DNA of 64,000 bases, taken from NCBI GenBank assembly GCA_964619485.1, contig CAZUCI010000002.1, positions 27,975-91,974 of the forward strand. Direction: 5' to 3'. The stretch is from an uncultured Lachnospiraceae bacterium. Lineage in GTDB: Bacteria; Bacillota; Clostridia; Lachnospirales; Lachnospiraceae. How positions within the stretch are numbered: position 1 is the first letter of the stretch; each line of letters opens with the position of its first letter. The notes under the pieces are model-generated. The model made no database searches. It saw only the letters and a program-made list of their open reading frames with translations, and was not told where the DNA came from. Position numbers and translations under genes: made by a program. Positions 9,934 through 20,097 of this stretch are shown here, one piece after another.

Positions 9934-11301
9934 GTGGATACCAAAAAAGAAGCAATCCGCGACGCCAGACAGCTGGGAGTACCAAAAATGATGCTCCTTG
10001 GCTTACAGCATATGTTTGCCATGTTTGGTGCAACAATCTTAGTACCAATTCTTGTTAACACTTATTTCGAGGGAGAGGGCTTATCCATTCAGGTTACTTT
10101 AATCTGTGCAGGTCTTGGAACATTATTTTTCCATGTGTGCTCAAAATTTAAAGTTCCTGCATTTTTAGGTTCATCCTTTGCTTTCCTTGGCGGCTTTGCC
10201 AGTGTAGCTGCTCTTGATACAGGAAAGTTTGCCGATATGACCATGGGAGAAAAGCTTCCATATGCATGTGGCGGTATTGTAGTAGCTGGTCTGCTCTACA
10301 TTGTATTGGCTTTAGTCATCAAAGTAGTTGGTGTACAGAAGGTTATGCGTTTCCTGCCACCTGTTGTCACAGGACCAATTATTATCTGTATTGGTTTAAG
10401 TCTCGCTCCAAGCGCAGTCAGCAATGCATCCACAAACTGGATTCTTGCAATTATCGCTTTGGCAGTTATTATTATCTTTAACATCTGGGGAAAAGGAATG
10501 TTCCGTATTCTTCCGATTCTTATGGGTGTTGTTATTTCCTACGTTGTAGCTATTATTATGAATGCAGTTGGAATCACCAATCCTGATGGTTCTGCTATTC
10601 TTAATTTCTCATCTGTTGCATCTGCAAGCTTTGTAGGACTTCCACCTTTCCAGCTTTGCAAATTTGATATTACGGCAATCCTTGTAATGGCACCAATTGC
10701 TCTTGCAACTATGATGGAGCATATCGGTGATATTTCTGCTATTTCTGCAACTGTTGGTCAGAATTTCCTGGCTGATCCAGGCTTACATCGTACCTTGATC
10801 GGTGATGGTATTGCAACCTCGCTTGCAGCCATGTTTGGCGGACCTGCAAATACTACATACGGTGAAAATACCGGTGTATTGGAGCTCAGTCATGTTTACG
10901 ATCCACGTGTCGTAAGAATCGCAGCAGGTTATGCAGTAGTGCTCAGCTTTATTCCAAAAGTAGCTGAGATTATTGGTTCCTTACCAGCATCTATTATTGG
11001 TGGAATCAGCTTCATGCTTTATGGAATGATTTCTGCAATCGGTGTTCGTAATATTGTTGAGAATCGTGTAGACTTCACAAAATCCCGTAACCTGATTATT
11101 GCAGCAGTCATCCTTGTCTGCGGTCTTGGTTTCTCCGGTGGACTTACCTTCACGATTGCCGGAACCTCCATCACATTGACTTCTCTTGCAATTGCAGCTA
11201 TCGCAGGTATTCTCTTAAATGCCATTTTGCCTGGTAATGAGTACACCTTTAATTCGGAAGACGCAGCAAAAGTAAAAGAGATTGATGAAATTGAAAAGTA
11301 G
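9934..11301 (+). CDS. uraA: NCS2 uracil/xanthine permease (UraA/PyrP-like)
   Basis: GLQHMFAMFGAT, LGSSFAF, PPVVTG, MEHIGD and the TTYGENTG signature. Likely GTG start at 9934 after GGAGG. Substrate (uracil) is inferred from the motif. Confidence 0.88.
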   Translation: MDTKKEAIRDARQLGVPKMMLLGLQHMFAMFGATILVPILVNTYFEGEGLSIQVTLICAGLGTLFFHVCSKFKVPAFLGSSFAFLGGFASVAALDTGKFADMTMGEKLPYACGGIVVAGLLYIVLALVIKVVGVQKVMRFLPPVVTGPIIICIGLSLAPSAVSNASTNWILAIIALAVIIIFNIWGKGMFRILPILMGVVISYVVAIIMNAVGITNPDGSAILNFSSVASASFVGLPPFQLCKFDITAILVMAPIALATMMEHIGDISAISATVGQNFLADPGLHRTLIGDGIATSLAAMFGGPANTTYGENTGVLELSHVYDPRVVRIAAGYAVVLSFIPKVAEIIGSLPASIIGGISFMLYGMISAIGVRNIVENRVDFTKSRNLIIAAVILVCGLGFSGGLTFTIAGTSITLTSLAIAAIAGILLNAILPGNEYTFNSEDAAKVKEIDEIEK

Positions 11302-11365
11302 GATTTAAATTGAAGAGTTGGATTCAAATTGAATCTTTGAGTTGAAGAGTTGAAATCCTTTTTAG

Positions 11366-11399
11366 ACCCTCGCCAGAGCATTAGCTGGCGGGGGTTTTT
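11366..11399 (+). terminator. Rho-independent terminator of the permease
   Basis: accctcgccag-loop-ctggcgggggt stem followed by ttttt. Confidence 0.85.
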
Positions 11400-11532
11400 G
11401 TGAATGAAGACGGATGAAGTGAAGCATGTTTTGTCTGCTCTGTTGGGGAAATCATGATGAGAGAAAGTAGATGAATCATAAAAATCACTGTACCTTCGCT
11501 GCCTAATATATTGAAAATGGTGTTATGTAAAT

Positions 11533-11719
11533 CAATTGGGGCGTAGAGAAGATATAGACAGGCCTGACGGAAAAAATATCGAAGCAAATTGGACGCTGGG
11601 AGAGGATAGCCTGCTGTAGCGTCCAAATTCATAGTGAGAATTGGCAAAAATGAGTTATGCAAACAAGTTACGTAAACCAAATTGGACGTAGAAGAGAGAA
11701 ATTTGTTACAGCGCCCAAT
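11533..11719. repeat. Three REP-like palindromic units (ttggacgct ... agcgtccaa)
   Basis: Perfect 9-bp inverted repeat at 11589-11597/11618-11626; degenerate copies near 11534 and 11682-11718. Confidence 0.6.
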
Positions 11720-11750
11720 GGGATCAATTATAATGCCATTTGCGGAGCGG

Positions 11751-11928
11751 CACAGGAGGAGATCGGGCTTGTTATGTGTCATTCAAAGAGCGCGCACAGG
11801 AGATCGGGCTTGTTATGTGTCATTCAAAGAGCGTGCACAGGAGATCGGGCTTGTTATGAGCTATTCGCGGAGCGCGCACAGGAAATTGAGCTCTATTAGG
11901 TGGCCTTCGCGGAACGGAATCCACAGGA
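11751..11928 (+). repeat. 41-bp tandem repeat array, about 4-5 units
   Basis: cacaggagatcgggcttgttatgtgtcattcaaagagcgcg units start at 11795, 11836 and 11877 (exact 41 spacing), with degenerate units at 11751 and 11922. Confidence 0.9.
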
Positions 11929-12141
11929 CATGTTACAGAAGATGATTCTCTTAAGAAAAAATAATACAAAAAATTACAGTAAAACAATTGCTATTTTCAT
12001 AAAAATATGATATTGTCAATTTACTTTCTAAATACAAACAATTCTTTCGTTTCTAAATCAGCAATTTAAAACGATGCAGAACAATCTTCAATTATTCCAA
12101 CTTTTAATTAATTTAATATGAGATACAAGGGAGGCGGGTGC

Positions 12142-12921
12142 ATGCTATATGAGTATTCGTGCAAAAAATATCCGATTTTGAAAAAGGAAGTACGCCAGCT
12201 GGAGGAGGAGCTGAAGCATTTACCGGAGGGCAATATGTATGTTTGCCATAATGGTAAATACAAAAAGTATTATATGACAGATGGCAAGTGCTCAACCTAT
12301 ATTCCCAGGAAGGACTACGAAATGGCAAAAGCCCTTGCGGTAGGTAAATATAAGCGGATAAGCTTAGAGGAAAAGGCAGCAGAGCTTAAGCTGATGGAAC
12401 AAATCACGGAACGCCTGGGGAAAAAGCAGGTGAAAAGAAAACAGATGCTTGCGGAAAATTCTGCATATGGTGAGCTGCTGAGTGAAGCGATAAAAGAGCA
12501 CATGAAAAGTGAGTGGTCAAATCAGGTATATGAAAAAAATCCAAATTTTAAAGAGCATCTGGTTCACAGGACGCTGGAGGGTGAATTTGTCAGGTCAAAA
12601 TCAGAGGTTATCATTGCCAATTCCCTGTTCTTAAATCATATCCCATATCGATACGAGTGTGCACTTCAATTAGGTGACGTTACGCTTTATCCGGATTTCA
12701 CAATTATGCATCCACAGACAGAGTAAATCTTTTTTTACGAGCATTTTGGATTAATGGACAATGCCGTCTACTTTGAAAAGACGATGGCAAAGATTAAGCT
12801 TTATAGTCAATATCAGATTTTTTTGGGAGTCAATTTAATCACCAGCTTTGAAACAAAGGACCAGCCAATTGATTCGGAAAAAATTGAACGGCTGATTCAA
12901 ATGTATTTTGTACAAAACTGA
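12142..12921 (+). pseudogene. Putative Vsr/DUF559-like PD-(D/E)xK endonuclease gene interrupted by one in-frame TAA at 12724-12726
   Basis: RBS GGGAGG precedes ATG 12142. Reading VRSKSEVIIANSL..IPYRYE..YPDFTIMHPQTE*IFFYEHFGLMD..SFETKDQPIDSEKIERLIQMYFVQN continues 64 codons in frame to TGA 12919-12921. Confidence 0.75.
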
Positions 12922-13007
12922 ATTAATTCCACAAATCAATCATCAGACTATTGATTTACCTCTCACAATATTAGAAAATAGAAAAAGAAAGTAAGAGGAG
13001 CAGACAA

Positions 13008-16000
13008 ATGTCATTACGTTTTTGTATCGGGCCTTCCGGGGCGGGGAAAAGCACCAGAGTATATGAAGAGATATTGAAAAGAGCAGAAGCCGACAGAAGC
13101 GGCCATTATCTGATAATTGTGCCGGACCAGTTTACCATGCAGACACAGAAGGTTTTGTGCCATATGGCCAGCTGCGGTGGAATTATGAATGTGGAGGTTT
13201 TAAGCTTTTCAAGGCTCGCACACCGCATTTTTGAGGAAATGGGAATCGAGAGTCTGCCAAAGCTGGATGACACTGGCAAAAATCTGATTCTGCGCCGTGT
13301 CGCAGGGGAAGTGGAAGAGAAGCTGACGGTTATTGGAGCCAACATGAGGAAGGTCGGCTATATTGCACAGGTAAAGTCTATGATTTCGGAATTTTCCCAG
13401 TATGGGATAGCGCCGGGAGACATGGATGAGTTTATTCAATTGAGTGAGAAAAAGGGAAATCTTCACGCAAAGCTGCAGGATTTAAAGCTTTTATATGAGG
13501 AATACCAGAAATATATAAAAGGACATTTCATTACTACGGAGGAAACTGTCGATCTTCTGCGTGAGCAGGTGCATCGTTCCAGAATACTGAAAGACAGTGT
13601 GATTGTATTTGACGGCTTTACAGGCTTCACCCCAATACAGGATCAGCTTCTGAGGGAGCTTTTACAGTATGCTAAGGAAATGATTGTGACACTGATTGGC
13701 GACAGCCGGGAACAGTTAGCCGGGGCTGTCCGTGAGGAATCTCTGTTTTATCTTTCGGCAAAAACCTATCATAAGCTGGAAAAGCTTGCGGCTGATGTGG
13801 GGGCTGTGCGCGGGGAGGATATTGAGCTTGTGAAACGTCCGGTTCGGCGTTATGAAAATAATGCTCAGCTTTCCCACCTGGAGCAGAATCTGTTTCGTAT
13901 GAAGCAGTCGAGGATGATTCTGGAGCAGGCATCAGCTGATATGGAACAGGCAGCAACCGACGCGAATCAGGCATCAGCTGATAAGCAGGAGGAAAAAAAT
14001 ATTTCGATTCTGCAGCTTCCGGACCCGAAGGCAGAGGTTAGCTGGTGTACCGGAGCAATCAGGAGACTGATTCGGGAAAAGAATTACAGCTATCGGGACT
14101 TTGCAGTCATTACCGGCGATTTACAGACCTATGGGCATTTGCTGAAGGAGGGATTTGCAGCGGATGGGATTCCACTTTTCCTGGATCAGAATGTGAGTCT
14201 GCTGAAGCATCCGTTTATGGTGTTTTTGAGTAGTATGCTGCGTATGCTCACCAGCGATTTTTCCTATGAAAATGTAATGGTATTCCTGCGGACAGGCTAT
14301 CTGGATTTCCAGGAGGAGGAAATAGATGGTTTTGAGCTGTATCTAAAACGCTTCGGTATTCGCGGAAAAAGAAATTATGAAAAAATGTTTGTCAGACCGG
14401 ATAAAAATCTGACAGAACTGAACGGGATGAGGCAGAAGCTGATGGAAGCCATTGCACCGCTTCTGGGCTGTAAACAGACAGCTGAGAGCTTTACAGAGGC
14501 ATTGTATGACATCTGCGTCAGCCTGGATATTGAGCAAAAGATCAAGGGGCAGGCAGAGAAATTTAAAGAACAGGGGAATCTGGTACGAGCCAGGGAGTAT
14601 GAGCAGGTCTATGGAGCAGTCATGGGATTGTTTGATCAGATTTATGAGCTGCTGAAGGAAGAAATGCCACTGGAAGAGTACGGAGAAATTCTTAAGGCCG
14701 GCTTTGCTGAGCTGAAGGTGGGAAGTCTGCCACAAAGTATTGACCAGGTGGTGGCCGGTGATCTGGAGCGAACAAGATTGAAGCCTGTCAAAGTCTTATT
14801 TATTCTGGGGGTAAACGATGGAATTATTCCCGGAGGAGGCGGAAGTGGTGGTCTGCTTTCTGATTTGGAGAGGGGATTTTTGCTGGATGCCGGAATTGAG
14901 CTGGCGCCCACACCAAGGCAAAAAGGGTTTGAGGAGAGAATGTATCTGTATATGAATATGACACAGCCCGCTGAAAAGCTCTTTTTAAGCTATGCCAGAA
15001 TCAACATGGCAGGTGAAACCATCCGCCCTTCTTATTTAATCCGATCGGTAGAAAAGCTTTACGAGGGTCTTGAGATAACCTGTATTGACAATCTGGATCA
15101 GATGGAAGCGGTGGAGAGCAGAGAGAGCGGAATGATTCTGTTTGCCAGACTTCTGCGGGAATACGCTGCAGGAAATCTTACCAAGGACAACAGAGACCTC
15201 TTTTTTGGATTGGCAGAGACCTACTATCAGACACCGGAGTTTTCAAAGCTTCTGGAAGCCGCATTTTATCACTATGAGGCGCTTCCAATTTCACAGGAAA
15301 ATGCAAAGGCGCTGTTTGGAGAGATACTTCGCACAAGCATCAGCAGGCTGGAGCAGTTCTCGGCCTGTGCCTATGCTCATTTTCTGAAATATGGGCTGAA
15401 ATTGCAGGAGGAAGAAGCGTTCTCCTTTGAATCCGTGGATATGGGAAATCTTTTTCATGAGACTCTGTATGAATATGGAAAATTTCTGCCGGAGAGCGGC
15501 TATACCTGGTTTACCTGCCCGGAGGATGTTATGGATTCCTATGTGGAGAAAAAGGTGGAGGCATTTGCAGCTACCTATGGTGGAACGATTCTGTATGATA
15601 ACGCCAGAAATGAGGCAATGATTCACCGGGTAAAAAATATCCTTAAGACAACGCTGCATACCCTGTCCTTTCAATTAAAAAAGGGCGTGTTTGAGCCTGC
15701 TGGCTATGAGATTCCCTTCTTTGGGGAAAGTACCCTTGCTGATGGCAGCAGGGCAGAGCTCTATGGTAAGATTGACCGTATGGATACCGCCTCCGTAGAC
15801 GGCAAAACCTATGTAAAAATATTGGATTATAAATCCGGCAGACATCAGTTTGATCTGGTCCGGCTCTTTTATGGACTGGATTTGCAGCTGGCAGTTTACA
15901 TGAATGCAGCTTTAAAAAGGCAGAAGTCGCTGCATCCGGGAGATGAGATTATTCCGGCTGCGATTCTTTACTATCAGCTGGAGGACCCCATGGTGGAGGG

Positions 16001-16451
16001 AGCAGCAGGGGATGGTCCGCAGGTCATTTTGGAAAAGGTGCATGAAAAGCTGAAGGTGGAGGGACTGATTAATGAGTCGGATGAAGTGCTTTCCCTGTTA
16101 GATACGTCCATGACGGAGGAATCCCAGGTTATACCGGTCAAACGTAAAAAGAGCGGTGAGCTTTCAGCGTCATCACAGACAGCGCCAAGGGCAGATTTTG
16201 ATTTGATCGGGGAGTATGCCAGCTGGAAAATCAGTGAGATAGGAAAAGAAATCAGAGAAGGAAATATTGAAGCGAAGCCCTATGATGGAGAGCTCAGCGC
16301 CTGCACCTACTGCGGGTACCGTTCTATTTGCGGCTTTGAGGGAAGAATGCCGGGCTATGAGAGCAATCACGGCGAGTATACAAAGGAGCAGGCACAGGAA
16401 GAGATGAAAAAACTGCTTGGGAAAGCTTCTGACGGAAAGGAGGTAGAGTAA
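13008..16451 (+). CDS. addB: ATP-dependent helicase/nuclease subunit B
   Basis: GPSGAGKS, IVPDQFT, DGFTGF; nuclease GKIDRMD..ILDYKSG; Fe-S cysteines FSAC and CTYCGYRSIC. Confidence 0.95.
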   Translation: MSLRFCIGPSGAGKSTRVYEEILKRAEADRSGHYLIIVPDQFTMQTQKVLCHMASCGGIMNVEVLSFSRLAHRIFEEMGIESLPKLDDTGKNLILRRVAGEVEEKLTVIGANMRKVGYIAQVKSMISEFSQYGIAPGDMDEFIQLSEKKGNLHAKLQDLKLLYEEYQKYIKGHFITTEETVDLLREQVHRSRILKDSVIVFDGFTGFTPIQDQLLRELLQYAKEMIVTLIGDSREQLAGAVREESLFYLSAKTYHKLEKLAADVGAVRGEDIELVKRPVRRYENNAQLSHLEQNLFRMKQSRMILEQASADMEQAATDANQASADKQEEKNISILQLPDPKAEVSWCTGAIRRLIREKNYSYRDFAVITGDLQTYGHLLKEGFAADGIPLFLDQNVSLLKHPFMVFLSSMLRMLTSDFSYENVMVFLRTGYLDFQEEEIDGFELYLKRFGIRGKRNYEKMFVRPDKNLTELNGMRQKLMEAIAPLLGCKQTAESFTEALYDICVSLDIEQKIKGQAEKFKEQGNLVRAREYEQVYGAVMGLFDQIYELLKEEMPLEEYGEILKAGFAELKVGSLPQSIDQVVAGDLERTRLKPVKVLFILGVNDGIIPGGGGSGGLLSDLERGFLLDAGIELAPTPRQKGFEERMYLYMNMTQPAEKLFLSYARINMAGETIRPSYLIRSVEKLYEGLEITCIDNLDQMEAVESRESGMILFARLLREYAAGNLTKDNRDLFFGLAETYYQTPEFSKLLEAAFYHYEALPISQENAKALFGEILRTSISRLEQFSACAYAHFLKYGLKLQEEEAFSFESVDMGNLFHETLYEYGKFLPESGYTWFTCPEDVMDSYVEKKVEAFAATYGGTILYDNARNEAMIHRVKNILKTTLHTLSFQLKKGVFEPAGYEIPFFGESTLADGSRAELYGKIDRMDTASVDGKTYVKILDYKSGRHQFDLVRLFYGLDLQLAVYMNAALKRQKSLHPGDEIIPAAILYYQLEDPMVEGAAGDGPQVILEKVHEKLKVEGLINESDEVLSLLDTSMTEESQVIPVKRKKSGELSASSQTAPRADFDLIGEYASWKISEIGKEIREGNIEAKPYDGELSACTYCGYRSICGFEGRMPGYESNHGEYTKEQAQEEMKKLLGKASDGKEVE

Positions 16452-16452
16452 A

Positions 16453-19400
16453 ATGGCAGTGAAATATACCAGTGATCAACAGAGAGTTATTGATGAAAGA
16501 GGCGCAAATATTCTGGTGTCAGCGGCAGCAGGCTCCGGTAAAACTGCGGTTCTGGTAGAGCGTATTCTGAAAATCATCACAGACAAAGAGCACCCGGTTG
16601 ATATTGACAGACTTTTGGTGGTAACCTTTACCAACGCTGCGGCAGCAGAAATGCGGGAACGAATTCACGATGCCATTTTACGGAAGCTTCAGGATACACC
16701 GGAGGATACGAATCTGGCAAAACAGGCAATTCTGGTGCACCATGCACAGATTACAACCATAGACAGCTTTTGCCGTTTTATTCTCATGAATCACTTTCAG
16801 GAGATTGGTCTTGATCCCGGCTTTTCCGTTGGAGACCCGGGGCAGATGCAGCTGCTGGCGAAGGACACCATGGAGCGGGTCATGGAGCGCGCCTGCGCCA
16901 AAACAACGTGGTATGAGGGAAGTGATGAGGACTTTATCAACCTCTGCGATGTTTTTGCCAAAAAGGGACGGGACGATATGGTTATGAATCTGGCAGAGAG
17001 ACTGTATCAGTTTGTTATGAGTCTCCCCTGGCCGGAAAAATGGCTGAGGGAAGCGCTGCAGGATTATGAAGCGGCAACACTGGAGGAGTTTTTGATGCTT
17101 CCCTTTATTCAGGAGGGAGAAAGAAATGCAAGAAGACTGCTTCAGGAGCTGGTTGATTCCTATACAAAGGGAATCGAAATCTGTCAGGAGGGGGCGGGAC
17201 CGGAGGCTTATATTCCGCTTTTTGAGGCGGAAAGGCAGAGCCTTGCGGACAGTTTGAATACGAATTCCTACGAAGCCCTGGCCCAGGCTGTTTTAAGTAT
17301 TACATTTGACCGTCTGCCAACAGTCAGAAAGGGAACTGCAGATGATGAAAAAAAGCTTCAGGCAAAAAATATCCGTGATGAAGCCAAAAAGCAGGTTGGA
17401 AATCTGAAGGACACCTTTTTCTTTGAGGATGTTGCCCTGATGTGGGAGGATATGCAGGCTGCGGGAAGAATACTTCGGCCTCTGATTTATCTGACACTGG
17501 ATTTCATGAGGGAATTTGCAGCAAAAAAGGAAAAAGAGGGACTGATTGATTTTCACGATATGGAGCATTTTGCCTTGAAGATTCTGGTGGATGCGGATGG
17601 CGCACCGACGGGGACGGCAAGACTTTATCAGGATTTTTATGAGCAGATTATGATTGACGAGTATCAGGACAGTAACGAGGTGCAGGAGCTTCTGCTGTCC
17701 GTGATATCCAGAGAGTGGGGAGAGAGACCCAACCGCTTTATGGTGGGCGATATGAAGCAGAGCATTTATAAGTTTCGTATGGCCAGACCGGAAATTTTTC
17801 TGGAAAAATATGCGCGCTACCAGGCTGATAAAAAGCAGAATGTAAGAATAGATCTGAAGCAGAATTTCCGAAGCAGAGCACAGGTGGTGGATTTTGTAAA
17901 TGCTGTGTTTTATCCGCTGATGTGTCAGGAGGTTGGTGGGATTACCTATGATGACAATGCGGCCCTTTATGTGGGGGCGGAATATCCGGAAGCAGCCGAT
18001 GGAAAGCAGGATTATTTCAGACCGGAGCTTTTAATTTTTGAAAAGAAAAAGGAGCAGACAAATACTTCGGAGGAGCTCTCTAATCAGGAGGGTGAGGCCA
18101 GAATGATTGGGAAGCGTATAAAAGAGCTGATGAAGGATGGACTGGTGGCGGATGGAGCCGGTGGGCTAAGAGACGTTCACTATAGTGATATGGTTGTTTT
18201 GGTGCGTTCCACCACAGGTCTGATGGAGGAGCTTCAAAAGGTATTGGTCAGAGAAGGAATTCCGGCAAGTATACCATCGAGGACCGGTTACTTTTCAGCC
18301 AATGAGGTTCAGATTCTCCTTAAGCTTATCGAGGTGATTGTAAATCCCAATCAGGATATTGCCCTGGCAGCGGTTTTGAAATCTCCCTTTGGCGGATTTG
18401 ATGACAATGAACTGGCCTGTATCGGTGCCATAAGGAAGGAAGAGCAGGAAAGCCTGTCCTTTTATGAAAAGCTTTGTCTCTGGGGAACAGAAAAGGGAAA
18501 CGCATTTGTGGAGAAGCTTGACAGATACCGGGCATTGTCAAAAACGGAGGCTGTTCATGATCTTTTATATGAAATTCTCAGAGAAAACCGTTACCTCGAC
18601 TACGTGACGGCTCTGCCGGCGGGAGCCATTCGGAAAGCCAATGTGGAGATGCTTTTACAGAAGGCACTGGAGTATGAGAACAGCCAGATGCACGGACTCT
18701 TTGGTTTCCTGCGCTACATGAAGCAGCTGGAAAAATATGAAGTGGATTATGGAGAGGGCAGTGAGGAGAACGGAGACAGTGTACGCATTATGACAATTCA
18801 TAAGAGCAAGGGACTGGAATTTCCAATCTGTTTTGTCGCTGGATTGTCAAAGCGTTTTAACAGAAGGGATCTCACCGGCTCCATGCTTTTGGATACCGAT
18901 ATGGGTGTGGGAATGGAATACCGCAATCTGGATACGCGTGTGATTCGCAGGACCATTAAGCAGAAAATTGTGGCTGATAAAATGAAGAGGGATGAGACAG
19001 GGGAAGAGCTGCGTGTCTTATATGTGGCGATGACCAGAGCAAAGGAAAAACTGATTCTCACAGGAACATTGGATGATGTGGAGAAGGTACAGGAGGACTG
19101 TCGTGCCGGAAACCTGGGAGAATTGGAAAAAGCAGTGCAGGAAAGAAAAGTGAGATCTGGTGCCATACTTGGCGCCTCCGGTTTTATGCGTATGATCATG
19201 GAGGTATTGTCTCTTTATGGGGACTGTGAAGAAAAGCTTCCACAGATGAAAATCTATCATGAGGACGATCTGCAGATTGCTGATGCGGTGCAGAGTCTTC
19301 AGAGAGAGGGCGGGCGAAAGCTTTTGCTACAGAGCCTTCAGCAGAGCGGGAACACAGTCCCAACCTCAGAGATTGCCATGGAGCTGTCAAAGCGGATTCA

Positions 19401-20097
19401 CTTTCCCTATCCCCATGAAAATTTAAAGGGGTTATATACCAAAACCAGTGTATCTGAGCTGAAGCTGGCGGCACTTCACGAGGACGAACAGACTCAGGTG
19501 ATTTTTGAGACAGAGCGGGAGGAAGCAGTGGTTCCGGAATTTAGAAAGGAAAAGAAGGAAGCCGGTGGCGCAACAAGAGGAAGTGCTTATCACAGACTTC
19601 TGGAATTGCTTGATTTTGAAAAATTTCTATCCTGCGAAAACAGAGAACAGCTGTTGAAAGAGCTAAGGGTACAGGAGGCGGCAATACTCACAGAACGGAC
19701 AATGAGCCAGCAGGAGATTGCGCTGGTAAGTGAAGAAAAAATTCTTTCATTTTTACAGAGCGATGCGGCAGTGGATATGGGGAAGGCAGCAGAAAAAGGC
19801 ATGCTGTTCAAGGAACAGCCCTTTGTCATGGAGCTGCCGGCCAGAAGAGTGAATCCGGATTTCCCCAAGGAGGAAACCGTTCTGATTCAGGGTATTATTG
19901 ATGTTTACTATATTCGTGATGGAAAAGTGACTCTTTTGGATTACAAAACAGACCGTGTGGCAAAAAAAGAGGATCTGATAAAACGTTATCAGACCCAGCT
20001 TGATTATTATAAAGAGGCCCTGGAAAGGCTTACAGGTCAGGAGGTTGCAGAGGTGCTGATTTATTCCTTTGCCTTCTCTAAATCACTTGCCATCTGA
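16453..20097 (+). CDS. addA: ATP-dependent helicase/nuclease subunit A
   Basis: AAAGSGKT, VTFTNAAAAEM, IDEYQD, VGDMKQSIYKFR, TIHKSKGLEF, YVAMTRA; nuclease QGIID..DYKTD. Starts 1 nt after addB. Confidence 0.97.
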   Translation: MAVKYTSDQQRVIDERGANILVSAAAGSGKTAVLVERILKIITDKEHPVDIDRLLVVTFTNAAAAEMRERIHDAILRKLQDTPEDTNLAKQAILVHHAQITTIDSFCRFILMNHFQEIGLDPGFSVGDPGQMQLLAKDTMERVMERACAKTTWYEGSDEDFINLCDVFAKKGRDDMVMNLAERLYQFVMSLPWPEKWLREALQDYEAATLEEFLMLPFIQEGERNARRLLQELVDSYTKGIEICQEGAGPEAYIPLFEAERQSLADSLNTNSYEALAQAVLSITFDRLPTVRKGTADDEKKLQAKNIRDEAKKQVGNLKDTFFFEDVALMWEDMQAAGRILRPLIYLTLDFMREFAAKKEKEGLIDFHDMEHFALKILVDADGAPTGTARLYQDFYEQIMIDEYQDSNEVQELLLSVISREWGERPNRFMVGDMKQSIYKFRMARPEIFLEKYARYQADKKQNVRIDLKQNFRSRAQVVDFVNAVFYPLMCQEVGGITYDDNAALYVGAEYPEAADGKQDYFRPELLIFEKKKEQTNTSEELSNQEGEARMIGKRIKELMKDGLVADGAGGLRDVHYSDMVVLVRSTTGLMEELQKVLVREGIPASIPSRTGYFSANEVQILLKLIEVIVNPNQDIALAAVLKSPFGGFDDNELACIGAIRKEEQESLSFYEKLCLWGTEKGNAFVEKLDRYRALSKTEAVHDLLYEILRENRYLDYVTALPAGAIRKANVEMLLQKALEYENSQMHGLFGFLRYMKQLEKYEVDYGEGSEENGDSVRIMTIHKSKGLEFPICFVAGLSKRFNRRDLTGSMLLDTDMGVGMEYRNLDTRVIRRTIKQKIVADKMKRDETGEELRVLYVAMTRAKEKLILTGTLDDVEKVQEDCRAGNLGELEKAVQERKVRSGAILGASGFMRMIMEVLSLYGDCEEKLPQMKIYHEDDLQIADAVQSLQREGGRKLLLQSLQQSGNTVPTSEIAMELSKRIHFPYPHENLKGLYTKTSVSELKLAALHEDEQTQVIFETEREEAVVPEFRKEKKEAGGATRGSAYHRLLELLDFEKFLSCENREQLLKELRVQEAAILTERTMSQQEIALVSEEKILSFLQSDAAVDMGKAAEKGMLFKEQPFVMELPARRVNPDFPKEETVLIQGIIDVYYIRDGKVTLLDYKTDRVAKKEDLIKRYQTQLDYYKEALERLTGQEVAEVLIYSFAFSKSLAI

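Noticed and set aside
11751-11928. CRISPR array
   Set aside because: Units are contiguous with no unique spacers, and no cas genes are in the window. The same applies to the arrays at 42135, 53807, 59715 and 60400.
11381-11945. Small ORFs across the repeat region, and at 42033-42266 and 21176-21418
   Set aside because: Their periodic peptides simply mirror DNA tandem repeats; no convincing RBS.
13008-20097. addAB as a novel defence nuclease-helicase pair
   Set aside because: Canonical housekeeping AddAB with normal size, order and motifs.
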